From: a virus
Reading direction: 5' to 3' (one strand)
DNA length: 64,000 nucleotides
Virus record (IMG/VR): IMGVR_UViG_3300027754_003435
Part shown: piece by piece, positions 11,301 through 20,642 of the stretch
Layout: each line of letters begins with the position of its first letter
Numbering within the stretch: position 1 is the first letter of the stretch
Program-made: the position numbers and the translations under genes
The notes under the pieces: model-generated
Databases searched by the model: none
What the model was told of the DNA's origin: nothing
Seen by the model: the letters and a program-made list of their open reading frames with translations, nothing else

Positions 11301-12525
11301 TATTAACACCAACAAGTCCCATATCGGAAGCCAATTTTTGTGCAGCACCTTGAGTTGCAAAAGCCTGTTCTTTTGTTCCACCCATTTCTTTTTGTATGTC
11401 TGATACTTGTTGGTCTGCTTCACCAAACAAATCAACTAACATACTAAGACCTTGTGTTAATAAACCAATTCCAAGTGCAGCAGAAAATTTACCAGCAAGA
11501 CCTATCATAGATTTCAACCCACCACCTGCTGCAGCAAATGCTTTACCAAAGTCTTTTTCATTGAAAGCAGCATTTGCTGCTTCTTTGAATTTTGTCTTCA
11601 TATTTTTGGCAGTTTTATCTATACCCATTAATTTACCAACTTTATCAAAGGATGGCAATCCAGTAAAAATGTTTGATACTGCGTCCGTAACTCCTGCAAA
11701 AGCATCTTTAACAACACCCATTTTTGCAGCCTGTTGTTCTAACGCTTTATTTTCGATTTCTATATCGGTAATTCTACCCTTCATCAGATTTAAAGTTTCT
11801 TGTGCTGCCTTATATTGTTCAGCAGTCATTTTATCTTTTTCTTGAATTAACTTTTGTTCATTTACTCTTAAATCTAATTCCAATTGAGTTAAATCTATAC
11901 TCTCATATATACCGTTCGTTGCATTTGCTTTTGCTTTGATCAAACGGTCTTCATAGTTAATCATATCAGCTGCCAAATCACCAGAACGAATCTGTGTACC
12001 AAGGAAGGTTTCTTGCTGTTTTGCTGAACCAATCTGTAATCTTTCGGTAATTTGCATTGAATTTGTGATTGCAGTATATGCTAGGTTTTGGTCATTGGTG
12101 TATTGCGCTACTTTTTCTGAATCTTTACCTATTGCTTTCATTAAAGCAGATGAGGATGATTGATCCTCGATAACAGATTTTTGTGAATTTTGTAGTTGTA
12201 CTGTTAGTGATGATAATCTCGATGTTAAATCAAACAGTTCATTTGTATTATCATTAATTGTTTCCGTGGTGTCTATTGTTTTCTTACTTCTTTTTTCCGA
12301 ATCGGTTTCTATCTTTTCAATTTTTTTACGAACTTCCTCTTCTTTACCCACATTATTTAATCTGAGTGCATCTAATTTTATCAACTCTTTAATAGTTGAA
12401 ACAGAGGTTTTTTCCTGACCAACAATACTTTCTTTTAATTTCAGTATTTCTTTTTCAAGACCAATCCGCTCTTGAGTAAGTTTTTTTATTTCTTGCTCTA
12501 ATTTTTTTTCGTTTTCGGATGCCAT
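8362..12525 (-). CDS. Tape measure protein
   Basis: 1387 aa, Ala/Gly/Leu-rich helical protein with an N-terminal coiled coil and amphipathic repeats; located directly after the tail tube and chaperone genes. Confidence 0.9.
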   Translation of the reverse strand: MASENEKKLEQEIKKLTQERIGLEKEILKLKESIVGQEKTSVSTIKELIKLDALRLNNVGKEEEVRKKIEKIETDSEKRSKKTIDTTETINDNTNELFDLTSRLSSLTVQLQNSQKSVIEDQSSSSALMKAIGKDSEKVAQYTNDQNLAYTAITNSMQITERLQIGSAKQQETFLGTQIRSGDLAADMINYEDRLIKAKANATNGIYESIDLTQLELDLRVNEQKLIQEKDKMTAEQYKAAQETLNLMKGRITDIEIENKALEQQAAKMGVVKDAFAGVTDAVSNIFTGLPSFDKVGKLMGIDKTAKNMKTKFKEAANAAFNEKDFGKAFAAAGGGLKSMIGLAGKFSAALGIGLLTQGLSMLVDLFGEADQQVSDIQKEMGGTKEQAFATQGAAQKLASDMGLVGVNTMQVVKGMGTVSELYGGLDVAAQIKSGNTALEQFTKDATVLSEKFGLSTEEIGNIKSLATLTGESMGSLVNKSQGMAKGLMTDKAAMKTLASVPKEVAVAFKGGSVALVAAAQKAKMLGMDLKKVQSIGDGMLDIESSLAAEMEARVITGKNLNLDAARQFALQGDIAGLQDELLHQAGSLADFQSMNRLQQKSMAKAMGMEVEEMTEMLTKAQQLKDAHLDSTKLEELQLKNAADLRKEASTTTDAAKKAYIEKLAADKESATLQEKMTNAMTKLKEQAMKIIAPLLEIATVLLDSLMAGDSLGDTMDMVGSSVKAIVPIIKSVFGFISAIVTPLMSILGFISNIGASTVHVKDAAGNLTDQVETVKSSFGGILGVVTAIGAAFAGKALLGKGMDMLKDKAADVGKSVLKNIGGSLSKVGGKFGKVAGKALGKGGGAKIPKMPDAKGAKGGGFMDSLVEAFNKIDAKKMIQGAAALVILSVALFITAKAVQEFMKTDWDAMAKAGVALLGLAAIAYLMSKASTEMIKGAAAMLILGVALGVVGLALQLFASIAWEDLAKAGIALLGLVGIAALLGTFAPLFLVGAGVLAVLGVALIVFAGAMWILGKAMEGVVPLMETAFNGISGIITVVGEAIVKIINAVAGGIIGIIDKLMGLANLDGENLGKVALGVTALGVAIAAFGAGGGIGAGLAGLGSLLGGESPIEQIVKITKELEPEKLTTAATAIVAMSSAMKMMAENLGGIDTGKLDEFKDALVSLLESMGSSALMEGVGKLLGGDSPLSQINNLLDKLSPEKLSASAKSLIEVSTSLKTLADTIAGLDIEKLGQVFEKMNQGSLASKASKVMDSIVGGIGSMFGGGEADTKEGEKGAEKRTSTIKPTSNAGTPVLAGAVSTVQQTTTTANPAPTTGVGGGVAAATSGANMSGVEKKLDQLISVLTAAVSQPTIIKFGDKIIDTISTELNLKKSYTSNADNSYGRRI

Positions 12526-12543
12526 AATTTCTTCGGTGGTTCT

Positions 12544-12580
12544 AAAAAAAATAGTTCGTATAAATAAATATACGAACTAT
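12544..12580 (-). terminator. Rho-independent terminator (12-bp perfect stem, 6-nt loop, U7)
   Basis: Inverted repeat atagttcgtata (12551-12562) / tatacgaactat (12569-12580), followed on the minus strand by a T run, right after the TAA at 12583. Confidence 0.8.
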
Positions 12581-12582
12581 GA

Positions 12583-12819
12583 TTATTTTCTTCTAAATGA
12601 AGGTACTGGTGGTGAAGCAAGACTCTGTTGCTTTTTATATTGCTCACTATTTTTATTTTCATCATCTATTGCTTTATTTATACTTCGTATATAAAAACGT
12701 CTAAGATGAATTGGCATATTATAGACTTCGTTCCAAGTAAAACCACCTTTTCCATAATAACATAAAGAAAATACTTCTTCGTGAAGTCCTAGCTTATAAT
12801 CAATTGCCAGGCCAAAAAA
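12583..12819 (-). CDS. C-terminal frameshift extension of tail assembly chaperone (GT / T4 gp51-like part)
   Basis: Open frame FFGLAIDYKLGLHEEVFSLCYYGKGGFTWNEVYNMPIHLRRFYIRSINKAIDDENK...FRRK* overlaps the chaperone end at a T7 run. There is no in-frame ATG/GTG/TTG between the upstream in-frame TAA and the conserved-looking motif. Confidence 0.7.
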   Translation of the reverse strand, partial: FFGLAIDYKLGLHEEVFSLCYYGKGGFTWNEVYNMPIHLRRFYIRSINKAIDDENKNSEQYKKQQSLASPPVPSFRRK

Positions 12820-13669
12820 ACGATACCCCCATGGGTATCTCCATCTCCTTTACCTCACCTGTAACATCTGAGATAAACGTAAACGTTAAATCTAAGTCAG
12901 GTGAAATCGCTTTAACATATTGTCTTAAAGCACGAGAATCTGCTGCAAATAATTCATTATCAACGAAATTATTAACAGCTGCTCTACCATGCTCACCATC
13001 TACTGCAATAATAAAATGTTTGAGTCTTGTTGTAAGCTCCCTATCAATACCAGATCTTACAATTGTTTTGTTCATAGTCTTTAATTCGGATTGAACTTCT
13101 TTCTCGATACCATGTGTCATTAGGCGGAACGTTACTACTCGTTTAGAAATTGGTAATTCATAATCAAACTCATTAACATGGTTCTCAAATAAGCTGTAAT
13201 CGACCTCCTTGTGCTCGATTTGAGTTAAATCTACTGTTAATGATTGTTTTGTTCCTGATGAAAAGGGGTCTTCCACTTCTACTTGATAATCTTTACCATA
13301 GCCCAACACCCTGGCTGCAATCATGATTGCGTTCTTATCACCAACATATAAGTCATTGTAATTGACTGGAGTTACAATCAATGACTCAAACAACTTGTCT
13401 AACACAACTCCTTGTTTAATAAGGTTTTGTGAAGTTAAAATATCTTCGTCTTTTGCAGTCATGTATTTCATTTCAATAACACCACTTGCTAATGGATGAT
13501 TTTCTGGATAAATTAAACCCCTGGATGGAAGTGGTATCATTTCTGTAGGAAAATTTGTTCTTTTTACTTCTGCGTGTTTATGACCAGACAACAGTCTTTC
13601 TTTAATTTCCGAATCTGTCATTTCTCCATCAACTTTTGGCATTTCATAGCCCGTTGGTACTTTTGACAT
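12800..13669 (-). CDS. Tail assembly chaperone / T4 gp26-like baseplate hub assembly protein
   Basis: PTEMIPLPSRG...IEMKYMTAKDEDIL...DLYVGDKNAIMIAARVLGYG; positioned between the tube and tape measure genes. Confidence 0.8.
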   Translation of the reverse strand: MSKVPTGYEMPKVDGEMTDSEIKERLLSGHKHAEVKRTNFPTEMIPLPSRGLIYPENHPLASGVIEMKYMTAKDEDILTSQNLIKQGVVLDKLFESLIVTPVNYNDLYVGDKNAIMIAARVLGYGKDYQVEVEDPFSSGTKQSLTVDLTQIEHKEVDYSLFENHVNEFDYELPISKRVVTFRLMTHGIEKEVQSELKTMNKTIVRSGIDRELTTRLKHFIIAVDGEHGRAAVNNFVDNELFAADSRALRQYVKAISPDLDLTFTFISDVTGEVKEMEIPMGVSFFWPGN

Positions 13670-13719
13670 AACTAATTCCTATAACAATTTATAATATAAC
13701 ATCTTTGTAACAAATATAA

Positions 13720-13751
13720 ATATAGGTACATTAAAAATAATGTACCTATAT
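13720..13751 (-). terminator. Hairpin downstream of tail tube gene (probable terminator)
   Basis: tataggtacatt (13721-13732) / aatgtacctata (13739-13750) perfect inverted repeat. Confidence 0.7.
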
Positions 13752-13800
13752 ATTTCTTTTTATATCTAAAATATAACTTACCATTACTATCAAATACATA

Positions 13801-14289
13801 TTAGTATTGAAGAATAGCGTAATCGTATGCTAATGTGAGAGAAATCTCAACAAACGCATCATTCGCCCAATCCATATCCCCAAATGTTGTTGCTGTAATG
13901 AAAGCACCTTTCAATGTCCATTCTTCAATTTTATCACCAACTGGTCCAAGTGTGTGTAAGGTAATATCTTTCTTATAGAAGTCAGAGTAACCATCACGAC
14001 CCGTTACAGATTCATGTGATAAACGAACCCATTCCATTACCGCTTGTGCACCAGATGGTACAATTGGATCATACAATTTAATAGTAATATCTTGCCATTC
14101 ACCCTTACCTTTAACTTTTCTCTTAATATTGATATGATCAAGTGTGATAGGGTTAAAGCTAATGTTAGGTCTACCAGCGCCCTTTACTAAATAAGAAGGT
14201 ACACCTTCGATGTACATAACAAATCTATTTTGTAGTTTAGGCTCAAACGGAGTAAAAAAGATCTCCGTGGAATTGAGTAGTTCAGCCAT
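13801..14289 (-). CDS. gp19: Tail tube protein (T4 gp19-like)
   Basis: FEPKLQNRF...PSYLVKGAGRP...KGKGEWQDITIKLYDPIVPSGAQAVMEWVR...YKKDITL...WTLKGAF...ISLTLAYD; follows the sheath gene; GGAG SD. Confidence 0.93.
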   Translation of the reverse strand: MAELLNSTEIFFTPFEPKLQNRFVMYIEGVPSYLVKGAGRPNISFNPITLDHINIKRKVKGKGEWQDITIKLYDPIVPSGAQAVMEWVRLSHESVTGRDGYSDFYKKDITLHTLGPVGDKIEEWTLKGAFITATTFGDMDWANDAFVEISLTLAYDYAILQY

Positions 14290-14337
14290 TTATATCTCCA
14301 AATTTAAAATATTCTTTTACATAAATATATTGTTTAT

Positions 14338-14369
14338 AAAAAATGTGGGGAGAATATTTAACTCCCCAC
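14338..14369 (-). terminator. Rho-independent terminator after sheath gene
   Basis: gtggggag (14345-14352) / ctccccac (14362-14369) stem, with a T run following on the minus strand. Confidence 0.75.
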
Positions 14370-14382
14370 CGTTAATTTAATT

Positions 14383-16821
14383 TTATGCACCAGGGAAAGC
14401 AGCACCTGTTGATTGAATATTAAAGTCAAGAATAATAAATTCTGCTGTTTTAGCCGGCTGTAAGAACAACTGACCGTAAAGAATGTTACGATCTATAATA
14501 TCAGGGGTATTATTACTTTCATCCATGATAACACGGAATGCGTATATACCTTGACGTTGTTGAATTGACTCAAGATACGGTGTCACTATATTCAAGAAAC
14601 GAGTTCTTGTTTGTGAAGTGTTTTGTTCAAACACTAAGTATCTTGTAGAAGAAGCGATAAACTTCTTAGCTGCAATCAACAATCTACGAACATTGATGCG
14701 GTCAAGAGCAGATGGACGACCTTGAAGTGTTTTTTGACCCCATACACATACGCCAGTTGATGGAAATACTGCGATAGGATTAATACGTGCTTCATATAGT
14801 GTATCACGCTCTGATTGTGTTAATCTGGATCTTACTTCAACTACCTCTGTTAAACCGCCACGATTCAAACCTGCGGGCGCAAACCATTCAGCAGACACAC
14901 GGTCATTGAATGCTATTACACCAGGAAGAACTACTGATGGTGGAACCCAGATTGGTTTATTTCTATCAGAATCAAGAATTTTAACCCAAGGATAATATGT
15001 TGCTGCGTAATTAGAATCAAATCCTTCTGTTGCAGAAGTTGCAGTTGAAATATTATCTTCTAATCCGTTTGCATCCATTACATAGAAAGCATCACCACGA
15101 TTTTCACACATATCTTTTGCGTATGTTGTTACTGCAGAGTGAAGTGTATGTAATAAACCAGGTGCTACAACCATGTTAATATCAAATTCATCTGCATTTG
15201 ATATTGCATCAATTGCTTTCTTATATGATGTATAACCGCTTGCAGAAGTATTTGAAACATCAAATCCTTGTGTATTACCGGCTAAAATATGATAACCAAC
15301 TTTCTTTTGAAGATTTGGCTTATGACCGTCGAATCCACCTTGGAACGGTACAATGAACTTACGAGAATCTAACGCTGTATTTGTTGTTAAGTCTATAGAT
15401 GAACTATACGCAGTTGCAGATGATGGGAAACTTGCACCAGGATTTTGTTGAAAATTACCAAGATAAAAATCTACATTCGAACCAGTTGATTGATTTGCTA
15501 CAATTGGTAATGAACGTAAATAGTTAAAATTATCTGTGTTTGCAAAATCAAAATTAAAGCCCCAATATACACGTCTGTTATATGCACTACCAGCAGTTTG
15601 ATCTGTTACATAAGTAGTTGCAGCAGGTTGTGTGAACGCACTTGGTATTGGTGATTTTAAAGCACGGAATCCAAAAGGAACTAAGTTCTCAGAAACACCA
15701 CCATTCTTAACACCTTCAGTAACTTCAACACGAATATATTTTGATTTATTAGAGTAGTCCCCGTTAACAACAACTTTACCCTCATCGGTAACTGTAATAT
15801 ATCTATCACCGATTACTCTACCAATGAATTTTGGAGAATTTGGATCTAAGTTACATTTGAACTGTTCAATAACAGCAGGTCTTAAATCATCATCTTCAAA
15901 AGTGAATGGTGTGGTTGGTAATTTAGATTGATCAACGTGTCTAACAATAACATCAAAGTCACCAAAAAGTGAACCAGCAATTGTTCCAGCAGGACGAATG
16001 TTTGAAATACCAACTTTTACTTCATAGTTTGAATGAATACCATGTGATAATGTGGAGAATTTGAACAAGTCAGTTGCAAAAGAGCCTACTTTTTGTGATG
16101 TAACCCACGGAGTAGATGCTTCAAGATAATCGTTTGTAAAGTCCCATGGAGAACCAGCAGAGCCAGTTTCTATAAGTATAGTTGTAGCACCATCTGCTGC
16201 AATAGAAGCAGACGCCTGCTTTTTGAAGTTCACGTAATTGTAAACTGCATGTGTACCATACGGATTATATCCATAAATATCACCGATATATGCAGTATTT
16301 TCTGGATCAATAGACGCACTAAATGGAAGACCGTTTTCACTTGTAGCGTTTGTAAAAGTTGATGTGTCTGTTGTGAACGTACCAGAAACGTTTAATACAA
16401 AAGAACCACTTTTATTTGATGTAACTAGTGATTTAGCAAACAAAGAAGTTGAGTCTGAATCTGTTACAACAAATGTTGGATGAAGAAACGAAATAAGTTT
16501 TTTACCCCATGAGCCAGTTGCAACAATTGCGATTGGATGTTTCAAAGAGTAACCACCAGAACCCAACACTCTTACGATTGTTGCACTTCCAGCATTATTC
16601 AAATAACTTTTAGCGGTATATGGCAAATACGATTGCTCATACGAACCACCAAATTTTGTTACAAAGTCTGCGTACCCTTCTACCATAGTTGGAACGAAGG
16701 CCGGGCCTTTTAGTGTTGGTCCAACAAGAGCAGCTCCAATTGCACCAATTCCTTGTGGAAGGAATGATTGGTCCATTTCATTGGTAAAAACTCCAGGACT
16801 TACAATTCTTTCGTTAGCCAC
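14383..16821 (-). CDS. gp18: Tail sheath protein (T4 gp18-like); likely GTG start at 16821
   Basis: N-terminal SPGVFTNEMDQSF...GPTLKGPAFVPT; C-terminal WFAPAGLNRG...RINPIA...VWGQKTLQ...SALDRINVRRLL...FEQNT...QPAKTAEFIILDF. GGAG lies 7 nt before the GTG. Confidence 0.96.
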   Translation of the reverse strand: MANERIVSPGVFTNEMDQSFLPQGIGAIGAALVGPTLKGPAFVPTMVEGYADFVTKFGGSYEQSYLPYTAKSYLNNAGSATIVRVLGSGGYSLKHPIAIVATGSWGKKLISFLHPTFVVTDSDSTSLFAKSLVTSNKSGSFVLNVSGTFTTDTSTFTNATSENGLPFSASIDPENTAYIGDIYGYNPYGTHAVYNYVNFKKQASASIAADGATTILIETGSAGSPWDFTNDYLEASTPWVTSQKVGSFATDLFKFSTLSHGIHSNYEVKVGISNIRPAGTIAGSLFGDFDVIVRHVDQSKLPTTPFTFEDDDLRPAVIEQFKCNLDPNSPKFIGRVIGDRYITVTDEGKVVVNGDYSNKSKYIRVEVTEGVKNGGVSENLVPFGFRALKSPIPSAFTQPAATTYVTDQTAGSAYNRRVYWGFNFDFANTDNFNYLRSLPIVANQSTGSNVDFYLGNFQQNPGASFPSSATAYSSSIDLTTNTALDSRKFIVPFQGGFDGHKPNLQKKVGYHILAGNTQGFDVSNTSASGYTSYKKAIDAISNADEFDINMVVAPGLLHTLHSAVTTYAKDMCENRGDAFYVMDANGLEDNISTATSATEGFDSNYAATYYPWVKILDSDRNKPIWVPPSVVLPGVIAFNDRVSAEWFAPAGLNRGGLTEVVEVRSRLTQSERDTLYEARINPIAVFPSTGVCVWGQKTLQGRPSALDRINVRRLLIAAKKFIASSTRYLVFEQNTSQTRTRFLNIVTPYLESIQQRQGIYAFRVIMDESNNTPDIIDRNILYGQLFLQPAKTAEFIILDFNIQSTGAAFPGA

Positions 16822-16912
16822 TAGTATCTCCAAAAAATTAGAAAATTAAATATACAAATTAACCATAACAATGATCATATACTCATATAAATATAGATTA
16901 AAAATCTCTAAA

Positions 16913-17209
16913 CTATTGTGTAGATGGAATAAATTTACCAGAGTCTAAATCAAGAACACCATCGCCATATTTATCATTTAACGATGCTACAAGTTCTTTT
17001 TCTTGTTTCTGTAATGATTCATACTCTTCAAATAACTTCGTACGTAACTCTTGCATATTCTTCAATCTATCATTTAGAAGATACAATTCAATTTCAACTT
17101 GTCCAATTCTTGCAGTTGTTGCCGCATAATTCGATTGGAGTGATTTCACAATTTCAATATCATCTTGTGAAAATTCTTGTTCCATAACATTTTCTTGCTC
17201 GTCTGCCAT
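16913..17209 (-). CDS. Small acidic coiled-coil protein, conserved-looking (KYGDGVLDLDSGKF)
   Basis: 98-aa ORF with AGAGG SD; fills the gap between the neck and sheath genes. Confidence 0.7.
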   Translation of the reverse strand: MADEQENVMEQEFSQDDIEIVKSLQSNYAATTARIGQVEIELYLLNDRLKNMQELRTKLFEEYESLQKQEKELVASLNDKYGDGVLDLDSGKFIPSTQ

Positions 17210-17242
17210 ATAAAACCTCTTAAAAAAATAAAAAATATAACA

Positions 17243-18253
17243 TTAATCTTCCGTTTCAGATGGATAAACACCTGGTGCTTTACTATCTGAAATATCAAAC
17301 ATTCGTTGTTTTTTGAGTTCCCATTCTGATAATAGTTCACTCTTATTCTGATTTATATTACCGAATCCTATTCCGCCTCCGTTTCCATCATATACTGCAT
17401 TTGGGTTCATCATGGAGTTGATGTCACCGAACATTTCAGATACAAAAGATATTCTGTTTGGAGAAACAAGTCTTTTTGTAGTTGATTCTGCAGCAACGTG
17501 CTTTGGTAATAAATATCCGTGAACAGTAAGTTGAAATGTAGCCTTTACAATTCTATCCTGTCCTGTTGCATTAACATCTTCAATTCCAACCGAATCTAAC
17601 ATTGTTGCAAACTTAAAAAAGTTCTTGTCACCGAAAGATTGTCCACCATAATATATAAAATTTTCAATTATAGTATTCAATTGAACTTGATATTCACACC
17701 ATACTATAAAATCATAAGAAACATCCACATAATCAGGCATAGGAGTTGCAAAATACTCATATTGTCTTTTTTTAGAGTATTGTGTACTAAACTTATCATA
17801 AGGCGTCATTGTATTATATTGTTGTTGTAGAATATAAGCAATTTGTTTGGACGATGCTACCTTATTTCTTTTTATAGTTGAATTCAAATTAACACTCGAA
17901 CGTCTGAACGTTATAAGTGGTGCAATTGTTTTTCCTTTTTTATCACGAATGAATCCATCCTTCTGAATTGAAGCCCACTTTTCAGCGTTTGCATAAATAC
18001 TTGGAACTGCTATAAATTCACCATTATCTTCAATTTTTAATTGCATTGTTTTATCAATGAACGATTTTACAGCGAAATCTATATCATATAATGTAACACC
18101 AACATTTCTAACTCTATCTTTATCTCTACGTATCTGAGAGCCACGATCTATACCAAGATCCACTCTCGGTTGTTGTTGTAGATTTTTATCATCTATAAAA
18201 GAATCCCGTGTTCTTCTTAGTGGTGGTTTTCTATATCTGGAAGAGTTTTGCAT
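17243..18253 (-). CDS. gp15: Tail terminator/completion protein (T4 gp15-like)
   Basis: VPSIYANAEKW...APLITFRRSSV...PDYVDVSYDFIVW...QLNTIIENFI; position after the neck genes. Confidence 0.65.
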   Translation of the reverse strand: MQNSSRYRKPPLRRTRDSFIDDKNLQQQPRVDLGIDRGSQIRRDKDRVRNVGVTLYDIDFAVKSFIDKTMQLKIEDNGEFIAVPSIYANAEKWASIQKDGFIRDKKGKTIAPLITFRRSSVNLNSTIKRNKVASSKQIAYILQQQYNTMTPYDKFSTQYSKKRQYEYFATPMPDYVDVSYDFIVWCEYQVQLNTIIENFIYYGGQSFGDKNFFKFATMLDSVGIEDVNATGQDRIVKATFQLTVHGYLLPKHVAAESTTKRLVSPNRISFVSEMFGDINSMMNPNAVYDGNGGGIGFGNINQNKSELLSEWELKKQRMFDISDSKAPGVYPSETED

Positions 18254-18777
18254 TATATGTTACTCGGTAAATCATTTGAATCTGTGATTACACCTGGTCT
18301 AAATTCTTCTATATGAATTCTTGAACGTCTTGTTAAGTGAGTGTTGGCAATAATAGAAACATTATGTCCCCATCTTTCCGTTGCAAACGAATAATCTGGA
18401 TTTTTTCCACCAAAGTATTGATTTTCTTGAATTGCATCAATTTCCCACCATTCACCATTATACTCAACTACATCACCAACCTCTACAAATAAATCATAGT
18501 CTTTTAATAGTTCACGAATAAAAGCAAAATCACATACTTGATTATAATCTTGTCCAAATTCACTTCCCTCATACGTCTGAGGTTGACGGTTTATTAAGGC
18601 AGATATTTTCACAGGACTATGATATACCTTTTTATCAGATTCATTGTATATATTAGTTTTTGTATTATCTATTGACAATTTATACAACGCAACTTCCGTA
18701 TCTATAATGTCAACAATAAGTTCCATGTTAAACTTATGAACAAGTCCTGCGTCTCTTTGTCCGTGAAATAATGGCAT
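18253..18777 (-). CDS. gp14: Neck/head-closure protein (T4 gp14-like)
   Basis: ELIVDIIDTEVALYKL...EVGDVVEYNGEWWEID; follows the gp13-like gene. Confidence 0.65.
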   Translation of the reverse strand: MPLFHGQRDAGLVHKFNMELIVDIIDTEVALYKLSIDNTKTNIYNESDKKVYHSPVKISALINRQPQTYEGSEFGQDYNQVCDFAFIRELLKDYDLFVEVGDVVEYNGEWWEIDAIQENQYFGGKNPDYSFATERWGHNVSIIANTHLTRRSRIHIEEFRPGVITDSNDLPSNI

Positions 18778-18780
18778 AAA

Positions 18781-19911
18781 TTATCCTATATAAATTGCTA
18801 AAGGTGTGCCATTCAAAGAAACATTCAAGTGTTCTGTTTCTGCTCTTTTTGCTTCTAACAATTTTGAACGTGTCATTGATTCTAAAATAGTTCTTAGTTC
18901 AGTAACAAGAGCTTGTTTTTCTGCTGTTGCAGCAGAAAGTAAATCAGCAGAGTTTAGTGTTGTTTCACCATTTGGAATTGGAATATTACCATACTTACCA
19001 CGAATATATCCTAACATTTCTTTTGCTAGAGCAAGTGTATACGCAAATATCCATCGATGACCAACTGAATTTATACCCACATAGTTCATAAGCGAATACG
19101 GTGCATTTGAAATATCGGATACTTGACCGACTGGATATTTAAGTGGGTTTGACCGTTCTTCTTTTACTATGTATTCAATCCATAAAGTAAAATCTTTAAT
19201 AGGAAGTGGAAATATTCTAAGTTCATTATTTATTAATTCAAATGAGTAAGAAGATTTTCGCATCATATCGTTAAACTCAATCGCTTGAACCCGCAATAAA
19301 TCTGCGTACATAGGCATCAACGTAAAAGAAACACCAGTAGAATAAGCACCAAATCCGAATGTATCCAACATCGCTTGATTACCTAAATATGGATCATAGA
19401 AACGCATGGAAGCAGGTGGTGCATAGTGATGAACTCGTTTTATTTCTATCGAACCAGTTGGTGCTGCAATGTCTCTTATCAACGTATTCAACTTATATTT
19501 CTGCTGATTTGTTTTTACCGCTATTGAAGCAGTATGAAATGTTACATTTCCGTTAGTAAATGTTTCACTACCATACTCAGTTGCTAATTGAATCAACGGT
19601 CCCATATTAGTTGAAATATTTCTATGAGTTAGATTCGATGCAGTAGGTGAACCCATGATACTCAACATATTTTGTTGAATATTATATTGATTAACGTGAT
19701 TTGAATATTCTGCTACTGCTTCTTCAAAACAGGCATAAAAGTTTGCAGACTGTAATTCAATATCAACTAGTGGATAACCAAGTCTTTTAGCACACCAATC
19801 AGAAACGTTATCAGCGTCTGTACGAAAACTTGCCTCAGAATCAAAGTAACCAAAAGGCGTACTACCAGTTGTAAAACTAGATGAACCCGGCCAAATTGGA
19901 ATTTCTGTCAT
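18781..19911 (-). CDS. gp13: Neck/head-tail adaptor (T4 gp13-like)
   Basis: KRLGYPLVDIELQ..FYACFEEAVAEY and the C-terminal WIFAYTLALAKEMLG.IRGKY...IP.GETTLN match gp13-type motifs. Confidence 0.8.
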   Translation of the reverse strand: MTEIPIWPGSSSFTTGSTPFGYFDSEASFRTDADNVSDWCAKRLGYPLVDIELQSANFYACFEEAVAEYSNHVNQYNIQQNMLSIMGSPTASNLTHRNISTNMGPLIQLATEYGSETFTNGNVTFHTASIAVKTNQQKYKLNTLIRDIAAPTGSIEIKRVHHYAPPASMRFYDPYLGNQAMLDTFGFGAYSTGVSFTLMPMYADLLRVQAIEFNDMMRKSSYSFELINNELRIFPLPIKDFTLWIEYIVKEERSNPLKYPVGQVSDISNAPYSLMNYVGINSVGHRWIFAYTLALAKEMLGYIRGKYGNIPIPNGETTLNSADLLSAATAEKQALVTELRTILESMTRSKLLEAKRAETEHLNVSLNGTPLAIYIG

Positions 19912-20640
19912 TTACTTCTCGGTTTTTGTATCTTCAAAATATTGTAATATACTGTCAACAATAGGATGGCGATGATTTGTTTTTAATTCATATACCCCCA
20001 ATCCTTCAATTTTATTCTTCATATTATATAAATATGGTAAACCAGAATCTTTCTTTTGTTTTAAGTCAATTTGATTTGCATCACCGGTAAGAATCATCTT
20101 AGAATTAACACCAAGTCTTGATAAAATCATCTCCATTTGTGCTTTAGTTACATTCTGTGATTCATCAACGATTACACATGAATTAACAAACGTTCTACCG
20201 CGAAGAAAACTTATAGGAGCAATTTCTATAACATCTTCTTGCATTAATTTTTCAATCTTTTGTTTACTATATAACATATTCATATTTGCTTGTATCGGAG
20301 ATACCCATGGGTCCATTTTTTCTTTCATATTACCAGGTAAAAACCCAATGTCTTCATTTGAAACAGTAGGTCTTGTTATAATTATTTTTTCAACTTCACG
20401 ATAGAAAAGATATTCCAAAGCTATTTGCGTTGCCAACAAAGTTTTTCCCGAACCTGCTTTTCCCACAAATACAGATATTGTATCGTTTAAAACACTTGAT
20501 TTTATATTTTTCTGTTCTTCATTTAATTTTAATTGAAATTCTATCTTATTCTTTATTACCCGTCTTCCTTTTTTAATGCCAGAAGTATTTACACCAGTAA
20601 TTTCTTCGTTGTGTTCATCATGTGTAGTGGCCATGCTCAC
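19912..20640 (-). CDS. phoH: PhoH-like ATPase
   Basis: GKAGSGKT Walker A, IIITRP, GFLPG..KEKMDPW, FLRGRTF, IVDESQN, ILTGD..QIDL, NHRHPIV. Confidence 0.95.
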   Translation of the reverse strand: MSMATTHDEHNEEITGVNTSGIKKGRRVIKNKIEFQLKLNEEQKNIKSSVLNDTISVFVGKAGSGKTLLATQIALEYLFYREVEKIIITRPTVSNEDIGFLPGNMKEKMDPWVSPIQANMNMLYSKQKIEKLMQEDVIEIAPISFLRGRTFVNSCVIVDESQNVTKAQMEMILSRLGVNSKMILTGDANQIDLKQKKDSGLPYLYNMKNKIEGLGVYELKTNHRHPIVDSILQYFEDTKTEK

Positions 20641-20642
20641 TC

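Noticed and set aside
13711-13718. TATATTTG as a Bacteroidota -7 element before the chaperone gene
   Set aside because: There is no -33 TTTG at 19-21 nt, and it overlaps the late ATATTTAT box, which explains it.
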